DNA from: a virus
Taxonomy: Duplodnaviria > Heunggongvirae > Uroviricota > Caudoviricetes
Virus record (IMG/VR): IMGVR_UViG_2675903253_000012
DNA: 40,607 nucleotides
Reading direction: 5' to 3' (one strand)
Made by a program: the position numbers and the translations under genes
The notes under the pieces: generated by a model
Told to the model about the DNA's origin: nothing
The model's database searches: none
What the model saw: the letters and a program-made list of their open reading frames with translations, nothing else
Shown here: positions 10,543 to 19,156 of the stretch, piece after piece
Layout of the letters: each line of letters begins with the position of its first letter
How positions within the stretch are numbered: position 1 is the stretch's first letter

Positions 10543-10564
10543 TTTTTACCGGGAGGAAATTTTT

Positions 10565-11326
10565 ATGGAGACTGTTTTTGACGCACTGAAAGCAATGGGA
10601 AAAGCCACATCCATAGAACTTGCTGCGCGACTTGATATCAGTCGTGAAGAAGTGCTGAACGAACTATGGGAACTGAAAAAAGCTGGTTTCGTTGATAAAA
10701 GCGCGTACACCTGGCGTGTGGCTGATAACAACGTTCAGCAGGAACAGCCAATGCAGGCAGAACTGCCGGAAGAAACCACCACGGCAACTGTAGTGAAAAT
10801 CTCAGAGTGCGATTTAACCGCGACGATTGAACAACGCGGACCACAAACGGCGGATGAACTGGCTACGCTGTTCGGTACAACATCCCGCAAAGTTGCTTCA
10901 ACGCTGGCAATGGCAATCAGCAAAGGACGCCTGATTCGCGTAAACCAGAACAGTAAATTTCGTTACTGCATGCCGGGCGATAATTTACCAGCAGAGCCGA
11001 AAGCTGCATCGGTAGCGGAAACTGATGGTAAAGCCTTTCCTCAGCCAGCCGGTGTTGCGTTACCAGTACAGGAAGCGGCAACACAGGAAGATATTAAAAC
11101 AGAAACTGTGGCGGACATTGTGCAGTCGCTGCCATCGTTTACTGAAACGCAAGCGGATGACCTAGTTTTACCATCGCTGCATATGGCAAACCGCGAACTG
11201 CGTCGGGCGAAAAATCATGTCCAGAAGTGGGAGCGAGTCTGCGCCGCGCTGCGGGAGCTGAACAAGCACCGGGATATTGTCCGACAGATTGTCGATTCCT
11301 CCAGTCGTATTGTGTCGGAAAAGTGA
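10565..11326 (+). CDS. YdaW-like protein (DUF1627), probably starting at [13 protein letters not shown]
   Basis: ORF following the DnaC-like gene as in Rac (ydaW is a pseudogene in K-12; intact here); internal Met start chosen. Confidence 0.6.
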   Translation: METVFDALKAMGKATSIELAARLDISREEVLNELWELKKAGFVDKSAYTWRVADNNVQQEQPMQAELPEETTTATVVKISECDLTATIEQRGPQTADELATLFGTTSRKVASTLAMAISKGRLIRVNQNSKFRYCMPGDNLPAEPKAASVAETDGKAFPQPAGVALPVQEAATQEDIKTETVADIVQSLPSFTETQADDLVLPSLHMANRELRRAKNHVQKWERVCAALRELNKHRDIVRQIVDSSSRIVSEK

Positions 11327-11341
11327 TTGCCGGAGGCGCTT

Positions 11342-11758
11342 ATGGCAAAAGTTTTTACACAGGAAGAGCGTGAAAAAATTAAGGAGCAGGTTGTTGAGTT
11401 GGTACGCCAGAGTGGGCGCGAGACGTTAAGGCAACTGGAGGCCAAGACAGGTGCGACAAGATATCTGATGAGCATTCTTGCCAGAGAGTTGGTTGCCAGT
11501 GGCGATGTATACAACTCTGGTTACGGGTTATTCCCGTCTGAACAGGCGCGTAAGGATTGGAAAAACGCCCGCAAAAAACTATCCAGGGCAAAGGTGAAAA
11601 AAACGGTTGTGGTTGATCCTGACCTTATCTGGTCATTACCAGACGGAGAAATACGCCGCTATGACAGGCGTCAGAACATAATCTGTCGCGAGTGCCGGAA
11701 GAGTGAAGTTATGAAACGTGTACTGGCATTTTATCAAGGAAATCTTCGGTATTTATAG
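11342..11758 (+). CDS. Hypothetical protein, 138 aa, with C-terminal CxxC
   Basis: ORF with ggagg Shine-Dalgarno 6 nt upstream of ATG 11342; backbone-like GC content; no recognisable family. Confidence 0.5.
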   Translation: MAKVFTQEEREKIKEQVVELVRQSGRETLRQLEAKTGATRYLMSILARELVASGDVYNSGYGLFPSEQARKDWKNARKKLSRAKVKKTVVVDPDLIWSLPDGEIRRYDRRQNIICRECRKSEVMKRVLAFYQGNLRYL

Positions 11759-11894
11759 ACGTTACTAGATCAAAGAGCATTAGTTCATATGTAAATTGAC
11801 ATTTTTCTGGCACAGGGGAGAGCTAGCGTGGTTGTCCGCTTTGTGCCAATAGCGGACATTGCTGGCTCATGGTATGTTAGTTTAAGGAGGCAGG

Positions 11895-11923
11895 TTATGC
11901 CCTGTATTTCGCTGTGGTATAAT
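11895..11923 (+). promoter_or_regulatory. Candidate sigma70 promoter with extended -10 (TGgTATAAT) driving the cargo operon
   Basis: Perfect TATAAT at 11918-11923 preceded by TG at 11915-11916; weak -35 TTATGC at 11895-11900 (17-bp spacer); followed by aggga Shine-Dalgarno and GTG start at 11957. Confidence 0.5.
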
Positions 11924-11956
11924 AGTTGCGCAATTGATACAAGGGAGCGTTACATC

Positions 11957-12919
11957 GTGAAAATTGTTTTCGAGGTTAATGGAAAGAAAGTTCCACTAAA
12001 ATCTTTAAAATACATAAGCAAAAAAGATCAACTCGAAGTAATGAAAAACTGGTTCTTTGAAAACTTTGAAGATCCGGCAAATGCTTGTCCGTATGAAAGT
12101 AGAGAAGGTGGCTATGCTTACATATATGGCGGGCCGTATGATGCGAGCGAAGAACTACAATCCATCTTCGGTCAATATGTTAAATCTGAGTATATTGAGG
12201 AATTAGTAGATGAATTACAAACACAATGTTTTGACTGGTCTGGAAACTCAAATAATATAGATGATTGGTACGATGATGATATCTACGACGCTGTAACGTC
12301 TTCCGGTAATCCGTATTTAAAATTCATTGATAATATCGATAAAATAAAAAAACTTGCAAAAGATAAAACTGAACAACAGCAAAAAAACCACTTGCTTAGT
12401 TTGCTCTACACGAATGTTATTACAGCTTTGGAAACGCTTTATGTTGAGCTATTCATTAATTCTATAGAGAAAGATGATGTCTACATAGCCAATTGTATAG
12501 AAAAAGGTAAGACTGAATTTAAAGTAAGCAAAGATATTGCTGCGTTGCCTTTCAAGGGTGAACCCATCGAGAAAATTAGGGGAGAGCTAATCAGGTCAAT
12601 CAAGGAACACTTGATCAGTGCAAGCTGGCATAGCACTAAAAAGGTAATCGACCGCTATGAAGCTACATTCGATATAAAAGTACAAAAAGACTGTCCGATA
12701 GAAGCTATTGAATTGGCAACCCTCAATCGAAATCACTTAGTGCATCGTGGTGGAAAGGATAAAGAAGGGAACCTCGTAGTGATTACAGACCAGGATCTTG
12801 AAACGCTGATTGAAAATGCATCGAACCTGGCAATTATGCTCTACAACAGTTTAAATGTAGCAACGAATAAAACCACCATTTTGCAACCAGATGACAAACC
12901 GTTCATTCATGAATTTTAA
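11957..12919 (+). CDS. Cargo protein A, about 320 aa, uncharacterised, with C-terminal HEPN-like R-N-x-x-x-H motif (putative RNase); ORF is open from 11828 but the promoter-proximal GTG at 11957 is the likelier start
   Basis: AT-rich ORF; motif LNRNHLVHRGG encoded at 12728-12745 matches the HEPN R[NHQ]xxxH signature near the C-terminus of a predicted helical region; 15-nt spacing to the downstream gene suggests an operon. Confidence 0.6.
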   Translation: MKIVFEVNGKKVPLKSLKYISKKDQLEVMKNWFFENFEDPANACPYESREGGYAYIYGGPYDASEELQSIFGQYVKSEYIEELVDELQTQCFDWSGNSNNIDDWYDDDIYDAVTSSGNPYLKFIDNIDKIKKLAKDKTEQQQKNHLLSLLYTNVITALETLYVELFINSIEKDDVYIANCIEKGKTEFKVSKDIAALPFKGEPIEKIRGELIRSIKEHLISASWHSTKKVIDRYEATFDIKVQKDCPIEAIELATLNRNHLVHRGGKDKEGNLVVITDQDLETLIENASNLAIMLYNSLNVATNKTTILQPDDKPFIHEF

Positions 12920-12934
12920 TAGCGCAGGTCATAC

Positions 12935-13936
12935 ATGGATATTCGCACACGAAAGACAAAATTTTTAGAGTCGTTAGATTCAACTGAAGTGATACGCAAA
13001 GCAGTAAGTCTCGCTATAGATTGCATTATTGATAATCATAATAGTAATGAAGATACCCCCTTAGTTATTACCAGCTATGATGATCTCTGTAGAATCCAGG
13101 TGCTAAATTATGTACAGGAGTTTTGCGAAGCTGCATTCCCTGATATGGATGAATATTACTTTAGTCCTAACATACTTCGCATCAACGGCAAGACTAGTGA
13201 AGAAGCTTGTATTAACTTAATTAAACTCTTAAGAAGTACAAAAGGCATGCTATTCTGGTCCGATGCCCCATCGTGGTTCGCTAGCCTCCCCGACGGATTA
13301 TTCCATGTTGTTAACATTGATCAAAAAATCGTTACTCGCGGCCTTAATAAGAAAAACTCTAAGCCGACAATAATCAATAAAGATTACAGTGTAGATACAC
13401 TACTATCAGAGCTATTTTTGAATGGCGCACACATGGAGCAACCCAACGTACACAACGTTTCTGAGGGAAACATGAAGTTCTATGATGAATGCCATGCTGG
13501 ATTAATCAGACCAATACCCGCTCCAATAGGCGCGTCATACGATGAAGAGATCACAATTAATTCTCCAGATTGGCAAAAGCTCGCGTGTGTAGCTTTACGC
13601 CGCTATCAGTCGAAGGAATGTCATGACGGAATGCAATGGGATACAACCGATCATGGTTGGACTGATGTAATCGCGTATCCATTCGTCGAAGAAATACAAT
13701 CAATGGATAATAGTGGTTATCGACAATGTTTAGTTGGGCTGGTCACAATAAACAATTCAAATGCAAATTCTCCGTACCTATCTACCGTTTGGATACATCC
13801 ATTTTATCGCAGGAGAGGGTTATTAAGTAAGTTATGGCCAAAATTACAAGAGTTATATGGAAGTAACTTCGAAATTGAGCGACCTAATGAAAATATGAAA
13901 GCATTTCTGAAAAGTGCGAAACACGCAGATTACTAA
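12935..13936 (+). CDS. Cargo protein B, 333 aa, uncharacterised partner of protein A
   Basis: AT-rich ORF 15 nt downstream of A on the same strand; no Walker motifs seen; C-terminal segment VWIHPFYRRRGLLSKLW only weakly resembles an acyl-CoA-binding loop. Confidence 0.6.
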   Translation: MDIRTRKTKFLESLDSTEVIRKAVSLAIDCIIDNHNSNEDTPLVITSYDDLCRIQVLNYVQEFCEAAFPDMDEYYFSPNILRINGKTSEEACINLIKLLRSTKGMLFWSDAPSWFASLPDGLFHVVNIDQKIVTRGLNKKNSKPTIINKDYSVDTLLSELFLNGAHMEQPNVHNVSEGNMKFYDECHAGLIRPIPAPIGASYDEEITINSPDWQKLACVALRRYQSKECHDGMQWDTTDHGWTDVIAYPFVEEIQSMDNSGYRQCLVGLVTINNSNANSPYLSTVWIHPFYRRRGLLSKLWPKLQELYGSNFEIERPNENMKAFLKSAKHADY

Positions 13937-14119
13937 TTTATGAATCAGTCTGTGGAGTTAGGGTTGGTGTGAACAAGTAGGGTAAGAGCCTCAACGTGAT
14001 GCTATGCCGACCTGCTCCCTGAGAATTCACACAGAAGGCTGCTAGCAATGTCTGCAGATCGCTCAAAGCGGACTAAAATGTTGGCTTGTTTCTGACTTAG
14101 AGCATTTAAGGAAGTGCTG

Positions 14120-14338
14120 GTGGTGACTGGTTGTTGTGTTCCATTTCTACAGAATAAAATCACAGAAACTATACCCAATAGTTGTATTGAATCACTGACG
14201 AGACAGCCTCATATTTATCAGGACTGGTGTGCGTCTAATACAGGGGGTTGTCGTGCTGGTTCTCAAATGTGCGCTGGCTATTGCGGCTGTAATGGCAATT
14301 TATTGTCTTGCTGTTGTTCTTATGGAGCGGCTTTCTGA
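14120..14338 (+). CDS. Possible small Cys-rich peptide (about 72 aa, 11 Cys), speculative
   Basis: ORF with aagga Shine-Dalgarno 7 nt upstream of GTG 14120; Cys-rich C-terminus ...GGCRAGSQMCAGYCGCNGNLLSCCCSYGAAF; could still be a chance ORF. Confidence 0.25.
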   Translation: MVTGCCVPFLQNKITETIPNSCIESLTRQPHIYQDWCASNTGGCRAGSQMCAGYCGCNGNLLSCCCSYGAAF

Positions 14339-14488
14339 TTGATTACATACTGGCTAGAAAAAAGGTGTTACCTTGGTTTATCTTTGTCCGGCAAGGTGCG
14401 CTCATTAATCTTAAGTAAATTTATTGCTCAAGTATTCAGATTACTTCTTATGGTTGAAGTCTCCTGTCAATGTAGAACCAATATATTT

Positions 14489-14527
14489 ACAAAAATGAGA
14501 CCCGTCGGGGATAGCCCTGCCGGGTCT
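14489..14527 (-). terminator. Rho-independent terminator for the YeaR-like gene
   Basis: Inverted repeat agacccg...cgggtct (14499-14527) followed on the minus strand by a U-run (complement of acaaaaatg), about 30 nt past the stop of the minus-strand gene. Confidence 0.5.
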
Positions 14528-14556
14528 GACTGTTAAAGCATTTTTAATATGATCAT

Positions 14557-14895
14557 CTATTTTTTGGTGCTATAGACTTTTTCGCCCGAAAAGTCTGGAG
14601 CGACCCAAAAGTTAATATTAAACTGAGCATCATCGCTTAGTTCAACACGGTGCCAGTATTGTGGTGGGCTTGTTGCAAAAGCGCCAGCATTAATGACTAC
14701 TTTTATCTCCGGTTCAGTAGCATTCTCATCAGTAAAACCATAATATGTTACAGTGCCTTCCATTACGCACAACTGCCCAAAAACACCTGCTGCTGTATTA
14801 TGATGTGTTAATAACGCTGAAGGTACGTTCTCTTTTGTGAAGAACGGAGTTGAGCGTTTGATTACCCAATCTTTAGGAATTCTCTTGTGTGTCAT
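14557..14895 (-). CDS. YeaR-like DUF1971 (TehB-associated cupin-like) protein, cargo gene
   Basis: Translation MTHKRIPKDWVIKRSTPFFTKENVPSALL...YYGFTDENATEPE...AGAFATSPPQYWHRVE...FNINFWVAPD parallels recalled E. coli YeaR motifs (RSTPF, EP, AG.FA.PP..WH, FNI.FFVAPE). Confidence 0.7.
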   Translation of the reverse strand: MTHKRIPKDWVIKRSTPFFTKENVPSALLTHHNTAAGVFGQLCVMEGTVTYYGFTDENATEPEIKVVINAGAFATSPPQYWHRVELSDDAQFNINFWVAPDFSGEKVYSTKK

Positions 14896-15708
14896 AACCA
14901 CCTCCTCCAAAACATGCATTAAAAATGCATCTTTTGGAGGGTTATGTCAAGCTGTTATGAAACACATAATTGATATGTTGATTAGAGGAGAAGATAGAAT
15001 AAATATGGTTGTTTTTCGTATAACTATTTGTTTTACTTTTAGTTTATGCATTCTGTGTGTTAGGAATAAGTTATTAAAGTTTAATCAAAAAATCTCGATG
15101 TAGTCCACATAGATTACTGTTACTGAACCTTATTGTGTGTATTAGTTGTGTTCTGAAATTTCAGCTTAATTATTTATGATGTATTTTTTAACGATAAATA
15201 TTTTCCCAGGATACCTTTACTGTGTATATAAATAAATTATATACGCATAAATAATGTAAAGGCGTCCTTTTAGATATATCTTATCAAATGTTAATGACTT
15301 GAGTGGGAAATATGATTCCAGCAACTTATCATGTGGCTACTTTATAAAAATAATGCCCATATAAAACAACAAGCGAAAAGGATTACGGATAAAAAAGGAG
15401 CGAGATGTGCGAACTTGTTATTTTCCATGTTTAACCACCTTAAATAATTGATGATGACGGGATGATTGCATCTGTAATGCTTTTATTGAAATGTTATGAT
15501 AAAAAAGAACTTTTGCATAACATTAAAATGTAATTTATCTAATCGTTTTTAATAATAAGTGTCGTATTTCTATCCTTGTACCAGCTATTTGATATGTAGT
15601 GTTTGTTCATGCTATGTGGGGCTTTACACCATAGCCAGTTTATTTATACTTTATTCGTCAGCCTGAACAACTGGCATCTGCTGCGCTGCGCCATCGAGAG
15701 ATTGAGAA

Positions 15709-16308
15709 ATGGCGCATATACAACTGGTCAAACAAACCTCTTCTGGTTTACTTCTCCCGGCGACGCCGGAGAGTTGCGATTTTCTGCATCAAATCAAAAT
15801 AGGTGAGTGGATACACGCAGACTTTAAGCGTGTGTGTAACTACGCATTCCACAAGCGTTTTTTCAAACTCCTGCAACTGGGTTTCGATTACTGGACTCCG
15901 GTCGGTGGGGCGATCACGCCTCGCGAACGAGAACTGCTGTCTGGTTTCGTTGATTACCTGTGCGAATCAGTTGGTCGGGAACACACGCCAGCCCTGAGTG
16001 ATGCCGCAGAGCAATACCTTAACACCGTTGCGACTCGTAGAACCCGGGATACGGCGTTGCTAAAGTCGTTTGAGGCTTTCCGCGAGTGGGTAACCATTCA
16101 GGCCGGATTTTACACCGAGCATATTTATCCGGACGGTAGCCGTGGGCGTCGGGCAAAATCCATCGCTTTTGCGAATATGGACGAAGTCGAGTTTCAGCAG
16201 GTTTATAAATCTGTACTGAATGTGCTGTGGAACTGGATTCTGTTCCGTAAATTCTCCTCTCAGGAGGAAGTTGAAAATGTGGCCGCACAACTACTGGAGT
16301 TTGCGTAA
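15709..16308 (+). CDS. nin-region protein, DUF1367 (YbcN-like)
   Basis: 199-aa ORF preceding DUF1364 and Q-like genes; recalled similarity to DLP12 YbcN family. Confidence 0.65.
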   Translation: MAHIQLVKQTSSGLLLPATPESCDFLHQIKIGEWIHADFKRVCNYAFHKRFFKLLQLGFDYWTPVGGAITPRERELLSGFVDYLCESVGREHTPALSDAAEQYLNTVATRRTRDTALLKSFEAFREWVTIQAGFYTEHIYPDGSRGRRAKSIAFANMDEVEFQQVYKSVLNVLWNWILFRKFSSQEEVENVAAQLLEFA

Positions 16309-16598
16309 TGGTGAATTTACGTAAAGCGGCTAAAGGCCAGATGTGCCAGATCAGAATCCCTGGCTACTGCAATCACAATCCCGAAACCTCTGTGCTGGCG
16401 CATTACAGGCTGGCGGGGACGTGCGGAACAGCGACAAAACCACATGATATGCAGGCGGCGATAGCCTGTAGCTCATGCCACGATCTAATCGACGGGCGGG
16501 TAAAAACCAGCGATTACACCAAAGAAGAATTGCGCCTGATGCATGCTGAAGGGGTTTTTCGCACACAAGAAATCTGGAGAAAGAAAGGTCATTTATGA
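16308..16598 (+). CDS. nin-region protein, DUF1364 (YbcO-like, Cys/His-rich putative nuclease)
   Basis: 96-aa ORF MVNLRKAAKGQMCQIRIPGYC...CSSCHDLIDGR with conserved Cys/His; ATGA overlap with upstream gene. Confidence 0.65.
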   Translation: MVNLRKAAKGQMCQIRIPGYCNHNPETSVLAHYRLAGTCGTATKPHDMQAAIACSSCHDLIDGRVKTSDYTKEELRLMHAEGVFRTQEIWRKKGHL

Positions 16599-17137
16599 TT
16601 TACCCAACGAATACAGGAAAAAGCGGAGAACACCTTCGCCTCACCACGCTGGAAAGTGTCTGGATTCAGGGAAAACTACGTATGTGGGGGCGCTGGTCGT
16701 ATATTGGCGGTGGCAGGTCAGGGAATATGTTCAATCAGTTGTTGGCATCCAAAAAACTGACGAAAACAGCCATTAATGAAGCCCTGCGCAGAATGAAAAA
16801 AGCGGGAATAGAGAAAGCTGAGCTGGAAGCGTTTTTGCGAGAGATGATCAACGGCAAGCAAAAGAGCTGGCTGGCGCATTGTACTGATGCAGAGGCGTTA
16901 TGTATTGATCGAGTCATAAGTGAGGTGCTGGCAGAGCATCCAGGATTGATTTGCATTCTCCGGCAACGCTATGAAGGGCGGGGGATGACTAAGCGCAAAA
17001 TGGCTGAATTGCTAAATGATGCACACCCAGAGTGGTGTTTTAGCACATGCGAAAAACGGATTGCTAATTGGTTAGCTGTTGCTGAGTATGCCCTATATAT
17101 TCCCATGCGTGAATCATTTGCTGAGAAAATGGCTTGA
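16595..17137 (+). CDS. Putative late-gene antiterminator (Q-like), assigned mainly by position
   Basis: 180-aa ORF immediately upstream of a strong intrinsic terminator and the lysis cassette, the canonical position of lambdoid Q; not lambda-Q-like in sequence as far as I can tell. Confidence 0.55.
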   Translation: MIYPTNTGKSGEHLRLTTLESVWIQGKLRMWGRWSYIGGGRSGNMFNQLLASKKLTKTAINEALRRMKKAGIEKAELEAFLREMINGKQKSWLAHCTDAEALCIDRVISEVLAEHPGLICILRQRYEGRGMTKRKMAELLNDAHPEWCFSTCEKRIANWLAVAEYALYIPMRESFAEKMA

Positions 17138-17214
17138 TTTCTTACGTATAAACTGCTTCAATTTTGCTATGCTTCGCAAAGCTGTATCGCGAGGCGGATT
17201 GCAGACATGGACAT

Positions 17215-17244
17215 CGTAAAAAAACCGCTTAATGCGGTTTTTTT
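17215..17244 (+). terminator. Intrinsic terminator (tR'-like) downstream of the Q-like gene
   Basis: aaaaaaaccgc-ttaat-gcggttttttt: 7-bp GC-containing stem, 5-nt loop, U-run; flanked by A-run. Confidence 0.8.
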
Positions 17245-17564
17245 ACGTCAGGAAAGCAGGGGAGAATGCTGCTAGTTGGGCAACTGGTCTTTCTGCTCCA
17301 AATTATAACAGAGACCAGTTATAGTTTCGGTGCTGTGTTTTTTTTACAATATTGTGATAACACATTGCTGGCGGGAGTTTTGATATTTCTTGGCAGGGGC
17401 TGATGATGCGTTATCCTGATGTCGTCAACTCATATAAAATGAGATGAGAGATCATTGCAGGGTGGTTTGTAATTCGCTGTTTAGCGGGACAATATGTTGT
17501 CTGATACAAGACACCCGACGCCTCAGATTACTATAATAAAGACGAAGCATCCTTTGTATTGACC

Positions 17565-17590
17565 AACCGCCTGTTTAGGCGGTTCTTTTT
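17565..17590 (+). terminator. Second intrinsic terminator in the late leader
   Basis: aaccgcct-gttt-aggcggtt followed by cttttt. Confidence 0.6.
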
Positions 17591-18122
17591 GGGCTGGTTT
17601 ATTGTATGCCAAATGATTATTAAAAAGGTTGTGTTAATAACAAGATCCGAAATAATATGCCTGCATATTTTTATCTTGCTTATATTCTGCATATTGTGCA
17701 TAGCAGGCTCATCCCTGCAATCAAAACTGTATGATGAGTATTTTTTGTTTTCCTTTTTTCCAGTCATCTGATGATGACCTGCTTCTTTTTAATCCGGATC
17801 GACATCAGTTTTTTAAGATAATTCCTGCGAGTTATATGCATAAATGCCACAAACTCCGCATTTTATGTGGTTGGGAGTTGCCGGGCGCGCAGTGAGTTTG
17901 CTAAGAAAACTCCTGCATGGTGAATCCCCCTGTGCGGTGGGGTGATACCATTAACCTTTTCTGTCGCCGACAGGTATCACGAACATTTTGTTCACCGGGA
18001 GGCACCCGGCACCATGCACTTCAATAGATTCTCTCCACATTATGGATATTCTTTCAGAATATCCCACGCAGACTTTGTGTAAATGTTAACAAATGTGCGT
18101 TTTATTTGATCTGATTCGCTGT

Positions 18123-18152
18123 TTGAGCGTCCAAAACAACGGTATATATAAT
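18123..18152 (+). promoter_or_regulatory. Candidate sigma70 promoter for the first TolA-like lipoprotein gene
   Basis: TTGAGC (18123-18128), 18-bp spacer, TATAAT (18147-18152); gaggaaaa Shine-Dalgarno before ATG 18182. Confidence 0.45.
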
Positions 18153-18181
18153 CCTTTACTATATGACATATGTGAGGAAAA

Positions 18182-18610
18182 ATGGGTTTTCGTAGCGCAT
18201 CAATTCTTACGTTGATTATTAGTGGGATTATTATCGGGTGCACTGATGCTGTATCGACAAATTATCATGACCGTACATCATATTACTCCGATAAAGCAAT
18301 AGAGACACAGTATGTGAGTTCATCTGAACGTACTTCTGATGTTAGTGAGGATATCCGTCTGTATGCCCATCAAATCAAGAGCGCCATCGAAAAACAGTTC
18401 GGGGATGCGAGTAAGTATTCAGGAAAAGAGTGTACACTGAGAATGCATATGGCCCCGAATGGCCTTCTACTGGAGGTTAAAAGAGAAAGTGGAGACCTCG
18501 ATTTATGTCGTGAAGCGATGAATGCGATAAAGAATGCTGATATACCTGCCCCCCCTTCGCCGGAAGTATATAAAGTATTTCAAAATGGGGTGCTGGATTT
18601 TAAACCCTGA
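18182..18610 (+). CDS. Lipoprotein with TolA C-terminal (domain III)-like domain, cargo gene 1
   Basis: Signal peptide plus lipobox IIGC; C-terminal YAHQIKSAIEKQFGDASKYSGKECTLRMHMAPNGLLLEVKRESGDLDLCREAMNAIKNADIPAPPSPEVYKVFQNGVLDFKP closely parallels the recalled C-terminus of E. coli TolA. Confidence 0.75.
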   Translation: MGFRSASILTLIISGIIIGCTDAVSTNYHDRTSYYSDKAIETQYVSSSERTSDVSEDIRLYAHQIKSAIEKQFGDASKYSGKECTLRMHMAPNGLLLEVKRESGDLDLCREAMNAIKNADIPAPPSPEVYKVFQNGVLDFKP

Positions 18611-18760
18611 TATTTATTGTTTTGTAATAAACGGTTTCGGCTTAGGTTTGTTCTGACACAGCTACGGCACTGAGCTAAATTTAGCGGATAGTCAGCTCTG
18701 AGCCAGTGGCGGACGTAACAACTACTATTGCTGAGATTTTAATGGATTGAGGAGCAAGAA

Positions 18761-19156
18761 GTGGGATTAAAGAAAATCGTTATGTTGACTTTTTGGGTCG
18801 GTTTTGTTGCGGGATGCACACCTTTACACCCTTCAGATTGCCACAAAACTACTGCTACAGGTAGTTGCAGTTCAGGACGCTGGGATGATCAGGATGAATG
18901 GGGGGCGCAAGCGCGGGGAATCAGAGCTGCAATTAATGCCAAACTTGATGAGCCGCATAACTGGAAAGGGAAAAAATGCAGGTTGCATATGGAATTCTCT
19001 CAGGATGGCACGGCGTTAAAAATATCTACCAGTAACGGTGATAAAGCCTATTGCGAAGCGATAAAGTCCGCAGCTCATAAAGCCAAATTTCCGGCCTTCA
19101 ACAATCCGGAAGTCTACAGAGATTTTCAGAAATCTGGCTTTGACATGCGAGGTTAG
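18761..19156 (+). CDS. Lipoprotein with TolA C-terminal-like domain, cargo gene 2 (paralogue of gene 1), GTG start
   Basis: Signal peptide plus lipobox VAGC; C-terminal CRLHMEFSQDGTALKISTSNGDKAYCEAIKSAAHKAKFPAFNNPEVYRDFQ shares the C...DG...C...PEVY..FQ pattern with gene 1 and TolA; gaggagcaa Shine-Dalgarno. Confidence 0.7.
   Translation: MGLKKIVMLTFWVGFVAGCTPLHPSDCHKTTATGSCSSGRWDDQDEWGAQARGIRAAINAKLDEPHNWKGKKCRLHMEFSQDGTALKISTSNGDKAYCEAIKSAAHKAKFPAFNNPEVYRDFQKSGFDMRG

Noticed and set aside
14339-14536. 65-aa plus-strand ORF after the Cys-rich ORF
   Set aside because: Overlaps the terminator hairpin of the minus-strand YeaR-like gene and has no ribosome-binding site; likely non-coding.
14837-15103. 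88-aa plus-strand ORF overlapping the start of the YeaR-like gene
   Set aside because: Antisense to the 5' end of a better-supported gene and extends into very AT-rich DNA; likely spurious.
15405-15434. Mini-ORF MCELVIFHV with a perfect aaggag Shine-Dalgarno in the AT-rich spacer
   Set aside because: Only 9 codons and no supporting context; could be a leader peptide, but this cannot be supported from sequence alone.
17531-17771. Overlapping ORFs on both strands (70 and 78 aa) in the late leader
   Set aside because: AT-rich, low-complexity translations spanning a predicted terminator; more consistent with non-coding leader sequence.
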